A model generated the notes under the pieces. The model made no database searches. It worked only from the letters and a program-made list of their open reading frames with translations, and was not told where the DNA came from. Shown here in pieces: positions 56,432 through 64,000 of a stretch of 64,000 nt of DNA. Numbering within the stretch: position 1 is the first letter of the stretch; every line of letters begins with the position of its first letter. Made by a program: the position numbers and the translations under genes. This DNA comes from an uncultured Bacilli bacterium (lineage in GTDB: Bacteria > Bacillota_I > Bacilli_A > RFN20 > CAG-449). The stretch is from positions 12,823 through 76,822 of the forward strand of contig CANQEO010000001.1 in NCBI GenBank assembly GCA_947595215.1, in the 5' to 3' direction.

Positions 56432-59170
56432 TTAATGAGATAACTGAATCGAAATTGTCACATATTCATCTAAATCGTATATTCTTAAATTAATACTATT
56501 ACCATCATCCAAAATACTAGATCCTGACGCTCCTTTAAAATCATACCATTTATCAGGTTGTACCATTGTTTGAACGTTGGTAAATGAAATAGTTAAATCG
56601 TCATTCAGATTCCAATTAAACGAATAAACTCCACCACCTTGTAATGATAAACTTCCGGTGCCATCTTCATTAAATATTATTGTGTGGTTACCATCAGAAT
56701 ATGGAGCGCTACACATATTTTCAATAGTAGAATCAAGATTAGGTTTCTCTTTGATGGTAATAGTTTTTGTACTCCTAATAGAAGGATTAGCATTTGCGGT
56801 AGCGATTAAAGTCGCACTACCGGCACTTATCGCAGTAACAAGATATTTTCCATCACCTTGATCTTCTAAAGTGACAAATTTCTCACTTCCTTCTTGTAAA
56901 GAAATAGTATAAGAAGAATCGTCTACTTCACTAGGTAGCACAGAAGCACTAACAATGTAATTATCACCCACCATTAAGAAATTAGGAATGTAGTCAAAGT
57001 TAATCGCTTTGACAGTTGGTGCAACCACTTCTAATTCTATATTCTTGGAAACACCTGTATCGGAAGTGATAGTAATTGTAGTGGTACCAATGTCCTTACC
57101 TAATACATAAAGAAGTGAGTCAAACGAAGAATCGGTGACCACTTCATCGTTTTCAATTGATATAGTATACACGGCATCTAAATGTCTTGATGGTTTTTCA
57201 TCAATAATATTGATTGCTTTGCTTTCACCTCTATCAATTACTAACTTATCTCCTTTTTTATTAAAATTACTTACATCAATATCGAAGTCACTTACTTTAT
57301 ATGAATCAATATTTATTCTTTGAGAATCGGTAGGTAATCTTGTTCCATATGTAAGAGAAGCGTTAATTGTTTCGCCTGTCGAAGGAACTGCCCCTTCTTT
57401 AAGACAATTATTTATTTGGTCGTAAGCGTCTTGGTCATATTTATTCACATTAGAGTTAAATAATATAATTTCTCCTTCTAAATTAAAGATGATTTTCATA
57501 TTTACACTCATAAAGGATTTATTATCATCCCATGACCAATTTTTATAGGCGCATGCTCCAGAAATTGATATGACCTTTTGATTATCTTTATTTGTTATAA
57601 TAACACGAATATTTTGGAGAATTTCTTCTTTATTAAAAGAGGAAGAATCTTGCAAAATCTCTTTAATCTTTTTAGAAACACCATAGGTATTATCAATATT
57701 TGGAAGTTGCACCATTTGATTAGCTTCTTCTTGAGTTACACTATAATAATCTTCGCCAATTGAATATTCGTTAAGCGATACACCATTATTATAAAAACTA
57801 TCTGAAACTTTATCTTCAAATACAAATACTGAATTATTATCTTTATAAGTAAGTGAAGTAGTAACACCACTATAATTTTCTACATTCATTTGAATAGCAT
57901 CGCTATAATTGCGCCATTCATAGGTATCTTCAAAATATGTAGTATCACTTTTATATTGGCCACCGCTTGAATTTAACTGTTCTAATAATAAAGCTTCATC
58001 TAATAAATCGTAAATTTCACTATATGTAGCGCTTTTTAAAACTGTTACATTGATAGTTTTTGAGATATTAGAGTTATTAGTAGTAAAAGTCAAACTACCC
58101 TCTCCATCTTTTAAGGCCGTTATTTTTTTATATTCAACTTTAAAAATATCCGGTGTAAAAGTAGTAATCGAATATGATTTATCACTAGCATTTTCCGGAT
58201 AAATTGTCACTTCATATTTTATTTCATCACCGGGAATAATCTCATTTGATAATAAATTGATATTGATATCGGTAACATCAATATTATTAGCTATAATTTC
58301 CAAAGCGATGCTATCTTCTTTTTCACCATCTTCAGAAAGAACATTAATTATGACATTTTCTCCTTCTGGTGTTTCTTTTAAGCCGGTTATTAAACCTTTT
58401 TGATTGACAATTGCATATTCGTTATTGCTAGAAGAATAACTCAAATTCATATTGTCTGCATTTTTTGGTAATACTTCAACATTCAGTTGCAAAGAAGAGC
58501 CCACAACTAAAGAAGTTTCTTCATTTAAAATAGTTACACTTGAAACATGAACTACACGTTTAGTTATTGTTAGTTCAAAAAAATCATTTACTTTTTGATC
58601 ACGAGAAGTAACGCCGATAGTTGTAGTACCCGGAATTAAAGCGCGTATCACACCCTCATCATTTACACTTGCGATAGATGGCACTGATGATGTGAATGTC
58701 AATTTCTTATCAGTAGCGTTATCCGGTGTAATTAAACATTCCAAGGTATATTCTTCATCTTGAGCCAAACTTTGTATCTTATTTGTGATAGTTAAAGATT
58801 CTATCTCAATAATTTTATCTTTTACTGTAATAACAAGTTGATCACTTAAGTTATATTCTTGTTCCTCAACTTTTAAAGTGGTAGTACCAGCCTTCAAAGC
58901 GTGAACATGGCCATCATTGCTAACAGAAGCAACTTCTTCATTTGATGATGTGAATGTTACTACATAATCATCGCAAGAAGGAGTTATTGCATAAGTTAAA
59001 TTCATCTCTTCACCAATATCTAATACTTCTTTAGGTGCATATAGTATTATGCTTTTAGAATCATCACTAGCATCAAATGACGAGTCCGTAGTTGACCCGT
59101 TAAGAGTACCTTGATTAGCACAACCACATAAAGTTAAAAGCAATATTACTAATAATATTCTTTTTTTCAT
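56432..59170 (-). CDS. large lipoprotein with at least five tandem Big_2-like domains (912 aa)
   Basis: Start at 59170 (MKKRILLVILLLTLCGC; AAAGGTGAG RBS). It has repeated units of about 85 aa, of the form ...TFTSS..SIASV..DG.I.AL.PGTTTI.V. It ends in the shared C-terminal module. Confidence 0.85.
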   Translation of the reverse strand: MKKRILLVILLLTLCGCANQGTLNGSTTDSSFDASDDSKSIILYAPKEVLDIGEEMNLTYAITPSCDDYVVTFTSSNEEVASVSNDGHVHALKAGTTTLKVEEQEYNLSDQLVITVKDKIIEIESLTITNKIQSLAQDEEYTLECLITPDNATDKKLTFTSSVPSIASVNDEGVIRALIPGTTTIGVTSRDQKVNDFFELTITKRVVHVSSVTILNEETSLVVGSSLQLNVEVLPKNADNMNLSYSSSNNEYAIVNQKGLITGLKETPEGENVIINVLSEDGEKEDSIALEIIANNIDVTDININLLSNEIIPGDEIKYEVTIYPENASDKSYSITTFTPDIFKVEYKKITALKDGEGSLTFTTNNSNISKTINVTVLKSATYSEIYDLLDEALLLEQLNSSGGQYKSDTTYFEDTYEWRNYSDAIQMNVENYSGVTTSLTYKDNNSVFVFEDKVSDSFYNNGVSLNEYSIGEDYYSVTQEEANQMVQLPNIDNTYGVSKKIKEILQDSSSFNKEEILQNIRVIITNKDNQKVISISGACAYKNWSWDDNKSFMSVNMKIIFNLEGEIILFNSNVNKYDQDAYDQINNCLKEGAVPSTGETINASLTYGTRLPTDSQRINIDSYKVSDFDIDVSNFNKKGDKLVIDRGESKAINIIDEKPSRHLDAVYTISIENDEVVTDSSFDSLLYVLGKDIGTTTITITSDTGVSKNIELEVVAPTVKAINFDYIPNFLMVGDNYIVSASVLPSEVDDSSYTISLQEGSEKFVTLEDQGDGKYLVTAISAGSATLIATANANPSIRSTKTITIKEKPNLDSTIENMCSAPYSDGNHTIIFNEDGTGSLSLQGGGVYSFNWNLNDDLTISFTNVQTMVQPDKWYDFKGASGSSILDDGNSINLRIYDLDEYVTISIQLSH

Positions 59171-59310
59171 AGTCTCACCTTTCTTTAATATCCTAGATAT
59201 TAGAATAAATAATATCATAAATAAATATTTATATATACAAAAAAAGAAAAACGCCTAAAATTAGGAGATATTTAGATGCTTTTAAAGGATTTTAATCAAA
59301 ATTAATAAAG

Positions 59311-60228
59311 TTACATATTTTTATGTTTCAATAAAGCATATTGCACCGCTATTTCACTTCCAAGAACAGCATTATTTAAAACTAATCTAATATTGGCATC
59401 TAAAGATTTACCGCCTGTTAATTCCACTATTTTCTTTAACAAGAATGGGGTCGATTCTTTTCCGTGTATTCCTAATTTCTTTTCTTCGTCAAGAGCGAGT
59501 TCTATCGCTTTATCAATATCTTCTTTAGAGATAATTGAGTCGTCCGGAATGGGATTAGAAATTAACATTCCACCTTCGAGATTATACTCTTTTTTGACCA
59601 TCATTGCTTTAGCGATTTCAAGCGGTTCATCCATTTGATAATCAACATTTAATCCGGAGTCAGAATTATAGAAGCTAGCAAGATGGTTTGAGCGATATCC
59701 AATCACAGTTACACCTTTAGTTTCTAAGTACTCTAATGTTTTAGGTAAATCCAATATTGCTTTAATACCTGCACAAATCACAGTTACCGAAGTCTTTGCC
59801 AATTCTTCTAAATCCGCTGATATATCAAACGTTTCTTCAACGTGACGATGAACTCCACCAATTCCACCTGTTACAAATACATCGATACCTGCTTGCGCAG
59901 CAAATATCATCGTGGTAGCTACTGTGGTGGCGTCCCACTTTTTGGCGCTTAATACATAAGGAAGATCACGTCTAGAAACTTTAAGAATATCTTTTCTTTG
60001 ACCGAATTTTTCTATTTGTTCTTCACTCATTCCTACTATAGGTTCACCATCAATAATTCCAATGGTCGCCGGAATAACCCCATGTTTGCGAATAACTTTT
60101 TCAACTAACAATGCAGTTTCAACATTTTTAGGATAAGGCATACCATGTGCGATTATAGTAGATTCTAACGCTACTACTGGTTTATTTTCTTCTATTGCCT
60201 TTTGTACTTCTTCACTAATTCTTAACAT
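59311..60228 (-). CDS. psuG: pseudouridine-5'-phosphate glycosidase
   Basis: 305 aa. VVALESTIIAHGMPYPKNVETA...VTGGIGGVHR is characteristic of PsuG/IndA. Confidence 0.92.
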   Translation of the reverse strand: MLRISEEVQKAIEENKPVVALESTIIAHGMPYPKNVETALLVEKVIRKHGVIPATIGIIDGEPIVGMSEEQIEKFGQRKDILKVSRRDLPYVLSAKKWDATTVATTMIFAAQAGIDVFVTGGIGGVHRHVEETFDISADLEELAKTSVTVICAGIKAILDLPKTLEYLETKGVTVIGYRSNHLASFYNSDSGLNVDYQMDEPLEIAKAMMVKKEYNLEGGMLISNPIPDDSIISKEDIDKAIELALDEEKKLGIHGKESTPFLLKKIVELTGGKSLDANIRLVLNNAVLGSEIAVQYALLKHKNM

Positions 60229-60466
60229 GATAGTTCCTCCAACTATTTATTGAATTTTTATATTAGAAATTTCTGATATTAAGTTATTTATATCGTTCTG
60301 ATTTAATTATATCACAAAGAATTTAACTCTTTATAATTTAGATTTTTTTAGAACAAAATCGATTTAAATCTATACTAGAAATATTAAAAAATTAACTAAC
60401 TATGTTGTTAGATATGCTTCTCATCTTCCTATTTCTTAAAAAAGAATTTTTAATTTTAATGTTTAC

Positions 60467-60649
60467 AAAAAAATAACACCAAAGGAGATTGTGTCGTTAT
60501 AAGTCATTTTCCAACATAAGCCACCAATCATATCCTTGAATTCTGTCAGGTTCAATCTCACATTATCAGTTTTTACCTTTATTCCGCTCCTCTTGTACGC
60601 CACAAGGCGGCAGGGTGGCGCGCGATTCGTCGGATGATCTCCTCATATT
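60467..60649 (-). ncRNA. unclassified structured RNA candidate (about 180 nt)
   Basis: A GC-rich island in an AT-rich intergenic region. A terminal helix is formed by AGGAGAU (plus strand 60483-60489) and AUCUCCU (60637-60643). Internal helices include GCCACC/GGUGGC, the hairpin CCGC-CUUGU-GGCGU-ACAAG-AGGA-GCGG and the hairpin UUGAA-N10-UUCAA. It has its own promoter upstream and a U7 tract at its 3' end on the minus strand. The strand assignment rests on the promoter and U-tract. Confidence 0.4.
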
Positions 60650-60655
60650 AAGTTA

Positions 60656-60685
60656 TTTATATCATTATTTAATTTTTAAATACAA
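60656..60685 (-). promoter_or_regulatory. extended -10 promoter for the structured RNA
   Basis: On the minus strand: TTGTAT (60685-60680), an 18-nt spacer ending in TG, then TATAAA (60661-60656), i.e. TGATATAAA. Confidence 0.5.
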
Positions 60686-60699
60686 TTTCCTAGTTAATT

Positions 60700-60749
60700 A
60701 AAAAAGCTGTTAAGCCTTCATTCACTTTCGTGATTTATTACTTAACAGC
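60700..60749 (-). terminator. Rho-independent terminator of the hydrogenase operon
   Basis: On the minus strand, GCUGUUAAG ... CUUAACAGC forms a 9-bp stem. It encloses an inner UCAC-GAAA-GUGA hairpin. UUUUUU follows. Confidence 0.7.
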
Positions 60750-60766
60750 CTTAAGTTTTATATTAC

Positions 60767-62536
60767 CTATTTTGGAAAACGTTCTCTTGCCTTATAGGAA
60801 GTATGTAATAGTTCATGAGCTTTATGACCATTAGGTTCACCTAAGTAATCGTTATATAAAGCTTGAATTTGTTTATTGTTGTGAGATTGTCTTACAACTT
60901 GTTTTTCATCTTCAGAATATAATACTTTTGCACGTTTTTCTCTATAAGTATCTAAAATATCCGGATCTTCGTTTGGTAAGAAGCAAGGTTTAACAAATGG
61001 TTGTCCACCACCATTGATACATCCACCTGGACATCCCATAATTTCAATGAAGGTATATGGGGATTTTCCCGCTCTAATATCATCTAATAATGGTTTAGCA
61101 TTTTTCATACCATGAGCAACAGCAACCTTTACTACTGTTCCACCCATGTCGATTGAAGCTTCTTTAACTCCTTCAAATCCACGTACTTCTTCAAACTTAA
61201 TTAAGTCGTGTTCTTTTCCAGTTAAAGCGTGATATGCTGTTCTTAAAGCCGCTTCCATAACACCACCTGTGACACCAAAGATGACACCAGCACCCGTGTA
61301 TTCGCCTAATAAGTCTTGATCGAATTCTTCGTCTGGTAAACGAACAAAATCAATACCAGAACGCTTAATAAGTTTAGCAAGTTCTCTTGTTGTTAATACT
61401 GCATCAACATCTTTTAAGCCGTCTTTGTTAGCGTTTTCTGGTCTTTCTTTTTCATACTTTTTAGCGGTACATGGCATAATTGATACAACAAATATATCTT
61501 TTGGATCTAAGCCATTCTTTTCGGCAAAGTAAGATTTAACGATAGCACCCATCATTTCATGCGGAGATTTACAACTTGATAAGTGATCTAATAAATCACC
61601 ATAGAAATATTCAGCATAATTGACCCATCCCGGTGAACAAGATGTAATCATTGGGAGTTGTCCGCCATTTTTAATACGATTTAATAATTCGGTTGCTTCT
61701 TCCATAATGGTTAAATCAGCGCCAAAGTTTGTATCGTAAACTCTATTAAAGCCTAAACGTTTTAAAGCTGCAACCATCTTACCGGTGACAGATGTACCAA
61801 TCTTCATACCGAATTCTTCACCTAATGCAGCACGAACGGCAGGAGCTGTTTGCACAACGATGAATTTACCTTCTTTACGAGCTTTATCGACTAAATCAAT
61901 TTCACTCTTTTCCATTAATGCGCCAGTTGGACAGACATTAACACATTGTCCGCAAAGAATACATGGCGATTCTGCCATAGAACGATTGTAAGCAGGTCCT
62001 ACAATTGTTTTGAAACCACGATTTTCAAAGCCAAGAATACCAGTGCCTTGAACTTTTTTACATCTTTCAACGCAACGTCCACATAAGATACACTTTGATG
62101 TATCACGAATGATGGATGGTGTTAATTTATCTAATGTAGTAGGGGTTTTAACACCTTCGTACATATCATCTCTTGCGCCGGTAATTTTTGCAACGTGTAA
62201 TAATTCACATTGACCATTCTTTGCACATTGTTGACAATTTTTTGAGTGGTTTGATAATAAAAGTTCAACGCTTGTTCTACGAGCCGAAACAGCTTTTGGT
62301 GAAGAAATTGTGATTTCCATACCTTCAGAGATTGGATAAACACAAGATGCAACTAAGCCCCTTGCACCAGTAGCTTCAACTAAACAAACACGACAAGATC
62401 CTCTTGAGCATTCACCATGATTAAAGTGGCATAATGTTGGGATAGTATATCCACAACGTTGAGCTGCTTCGAGAATTGTTAGTCCTTTTTCTACTTGATA
62501 AGGGTGACCTTCGATTTTAATATTTACCATTTCCAT
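60767..62536 (-). CDS. hydA: [FeFe]-hydrogenase catalytic subunit (HydA, multi-cluster form)
   Basis: N-terminal 2Fe-2S fold (CHFNHGECSRGSCRVC) and several 4Fe-4S Cys clusters. The H-cluster motifs are ITSCSPGW, MPCTAKKYE and EIMGCPGGCINGGG. The start is ambiguous between 62545 (GTG), 62536 and 62530; I chose 62536. Confidence 0.92.
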   Translation of the reverse strand: MEMVNIKIEGHPYQVEKGLTILEAAQRCGYTIPTLCHFNHGECSRGSCRVCLVEATGARGLVASCVYPISEGMEITISSPKAVSARRTSVELLLSNHSKNCQQCAKNGQCELLHVAKITGARDDMYEGVKTPTTLDKLTPSIIRDTSKCILCGRCVERCKKVQGTGILGFENRGFKTIVGPAYNRSMAESPCILCGQCVNVCPTGALMEKSEIDLVDKARKEGKFIVVQTAPAVRAALGEEFGMKIGTSVTGKMVAALKRLGFNRVYDTNFGADLTIMEEATELLNRIKNGGQLPMITSCSPGWVNYAEYFYGDLLDHLSSCKSPHEMMGAIVKSYFAEKNGLDPKDIFVVSIMPCTAKKYEKERPENANKDGLKDVDAVLTTRELAKLIKRSGIDFVRLPDEEFDQDLLGEYTGAGVIFGVTGGVMEAALRTAYHALTGKEHDLIKFEEVRGFEGVKEASIDMGGTVVKVAVAHGMKNAKPLLDDIRAGKSPYTFIEIMGCPGGCINGGGQPFVKPCFLPNEDPDILDTYREKRAKVLYSEDEKQVVRQSHNNKQIQALYNDYLGEPNGHKAHELLHTSYKARERFPK

Positions 62537-62547
62537 TTTTTCCACCT

Positions 62548-64000
62548 CTATCTCTTAATAATCGCGTGGAATGGACAGGCACTTATACACATACCACACT
62601 TAATACATTTAACTGGATCGATAACAAATGGAGTTTTGCCAACTTCACCAGAGATAGCATTGACAGGACATCCACGTGCACATTTGCTACATTTCTTACA
62701 TTTTTCAGGAACAATGTAGTATTCCATTAAATTCTTACAAACTTTTGCAGGACATTTTTTATCAACCACATGAGCGATATATTCATCTCTGAAATGAGTT
62801 AATGTCGACATAATTGGGTTTGCGGCAGTTTGACCTAAAGCACATAGTGATCCCGCTTGTACCGCTTGTCCTAATTCTTCTAAGTCTCTAATATCATCTA
62901 ATGTACCTTTGCCATCAGTAATCTTAGTTAATGTTTCTAACATTCTCTTGGTACCAATACGGCAAGGTGAACATTTTCCACATGATTCGTCACAAATAAA
63001 CTCCATATAGAATTTTGCGACGTCAACCATACAGTTATCTTCATCCATGACGATAGCTCCACCGGAACCCATCATTGAACCTAAGGCAACTAAGTTATCA
63101 AAATCAATCGGAGTATCTAAGTATTCCGACGTTAAGCATCCACCTGATGGACCACCGGTTTGAATAGCTTTAAACTTTTTATCGTTCGGAATTCCACCAC
63201 CGATATCGTAAATTAATTCACGTAAAGTTGTTCCCATTGGGATTTCAACTAAACCGACATTATTAATTTTTCCACCGAGAGCGAAAACCTTGGTGCCTTT
63301 TGATTTTTCCGTTCCGTATTTAGTAAATGCTTCAACACCTTCTCTTAAGATGTATGGAACACACGCTAGTGTTTCAACGTTATTAACAATTGTCGGTTTA
63401 TCCCATAGACCTTTAATCGCTGGGAATGGAGGTCTTGGACGAGGCATACCACGTTGACCTTGGATAGAATTTAGCAATGCGGTTTCTTCACCACAAACGA
63501 AGGCACCAGCACCTAAGCGTAAATGACATCTAAAGCTAAATCCCGTACCGAGAATGTTATCACCAAGCAATCCTAATTCTTCTGCTTGCTTAATAGCGAT
63601 TTGCAAACGATGGACAGCAATTGGGTATTCGGCACGAACATAGAAATAACCGTTTTTTGCTCCGATAGCGTAACCTGCGATCATCATACCTTCGATAACC
63701 GCTAATGGATTACCCTCTAAGATAGAACGATCCATAAATGCACCCGGATCGCCTTCATCACCATTACATACAACATATTTTTCGTCATTTTCTTGGTTGT
63801 AAGCAAATTGCCATTTTCTACCCGTTGGGAATCCACCACCGCCACGACCACGTAAGCCAGAAGCTAAAATCATATTAATGACTTCTTGGCGATCCATTTT
63901 TAATGCTTTCTCTAAACCTTGGAACGCACCAAAGCCAAGGGCTTCATTAATATTTTCCGGATTAATACGACCACAACCATGTAAGGCAATACGTACTTGC
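62548..64000 (-). CDS. hydB: NuoF-like flavoprotein subunit of a multimeric [FeFe]-hydrogenase (HydB), 5' end outside the window
   Basis: GLRGRGGGGFPTGRKW is the FMN/NADH site. A 4Fe-4S motif and two C-terminal ferredoxin CxxCxxCxxxCP motifs are present. The frame stays open upstream of the ORF-track Met (..VRIALHGCGRINPENINEALGFGAFQGLEKALKMDRQE), so the gene continues past 64000. Confidence 0.9.
   Translation of the reverse strand, partial: QVRIALHGCGRINPENINEALGFGAFQGLEKALKMDRQEVINMILASGLRGRGGGGFPTGRKWQFAYNQENDEKYVVCNGDEGDPGAFMDRSILEGNPLAVIEGMMIAGYAIGAKNGYFYVRAEYPIAVHRLQIAIKQAEELGLLGDNILGTGFSFRCHLRLGAGAFVCGEETALLNSIQGQRGMPRPRPPFPAIKGLWDKPTIVNNVETLACVPYILREGVEAFTKYGTEKSKGTKVFALGGKINNVGLVEIPMGTTLRELIYDIGGGIPNDKKFKAIQTGGPSGGCLTSEYLDTPIDFDNLVALGSMMGSGGAIVMDEDNCMVDVAKFYMEFICDESCGKCSPCRIGTKRMLETLTKITDGKGTLDDIRDLEELGQAVQAGSLCALGQTAANPIMSTLTHFRDEYIAHVVDKKCPAKVCKNLMEYYIVPEKCKKCSKCARGCPVNAISGEVGKTPFVIDPVKCIKCGMCISACPFHAIIKR

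Noticed and set aside
59240-59262. Weak hairpins near the A/T runs at 59240-59262 and 50966-50990 (ACGCCTAAAATTAGG, ACGCCTGATTTTAGGC) as terminators or a repeated motif
   Set aside because: The stems are only 4-5 bp. The similarity between the two sites is short enough to be chance in AT-rich DNA.
60543-60561. TPP-riboswitch-like UGAGA...GAACCUGA on the minus strand
   Set aside because: The other conserved THI-box parts (the GGGG/ACCC pairing and the CUGG...CCAGCG arm) are absent. The downstream gene psuG is not thiamine related.
60611-60624. T-box-like sequence CAGGGTGGCGCGCG on the plus strand
   Set aside because: It resembles AGGGUGGUACCGCG only partly. No specifier or AGAGA elements were seen. 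There is no plus-strand gene downstream to regulate.
1-64000. CRISPR arrays, IS elements/transposases, rRNA genes
   Set aside because: I looked for short regularly spaced repeats, DDE or serine/tyrosine recombinase-like translations, and rRNA-like GC-rich blocks. None was seen.

Overview
This is an AT-rich bacterial chromosome segment that uses the standard genetic code. For example, map ends in TGA directly abutting the infA ATG at 33901/33902. Nearly all genes lie on the minus strand. The gene content suggests a wall-less or low-GC Bacillota/Mollicutes-like anaerobe: many lipobox lipoproteins, Bacillus-like synteny and an [FeFe] hydrogenase. I cannot name the organism.

Housekeeping blocks:
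- (1) An XRE regulator, then whiA, trxB, ppaX-like, lgt, hprK and uvrA (1-7878).
- (2) tRNA-Pro with its own promoter and terminator (8232-8388).
- (3) A yebC-family gene, cls, a PHP phosphatase, truA, ecfT, ecfA2, ecfA1, a small membrane protein and a dCMP deaminase (15695-22655).
- (4) A complete S10-spc-alpha ribosomal protein cluster from rpsJ to rplQ (31326-45804), with a readable promoter and a structured leader.
- (5) An aldo/keto reductase, psuG, and hydA plus a 5'-truncated hydB (51942-64000).

Accessory content:
- Three clusters of large modular lipoproteins lie at 9336-15574, 22790-31264 and 52763-59170.
- The middle cluster sits in the normally contiguous rplQ-ecfA junction. It contains an apparently perfect 1894-bp direct repeat (24383-26276 and 29364-31257).

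Best candidate for a previously undescribed system: a compact minus-strand unit at 46281-50937, wedged upstream of the S10 promoter.
- Order: promoter, a 95-aa protein, a 310-nt spacer, an N-terminally shortened ClpP paralog with an intact Ser-His-Asp triad, a 523-aa protein, a soluble VirD4/TraG-like coupling-protein ATPase, then a terminator.
- The C-terminal half of the 523-aa protein reads like a catalytically dead Hsp100/Clp D2 AAA+ module.
- No conjugation, phage or clpX/clpC partner genes are nearby.

Also notable are a roughly 180-nt GC-rich structured RNA candidate (60467-60649) with its own promoter and U-tract, and a non-canonical TSCSPGW H-cluster motif in HydA.

No CRISPR array, transposase, integrase or rRNA was seen. 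All homology calls come from reading the translations by eye. No database search was run.
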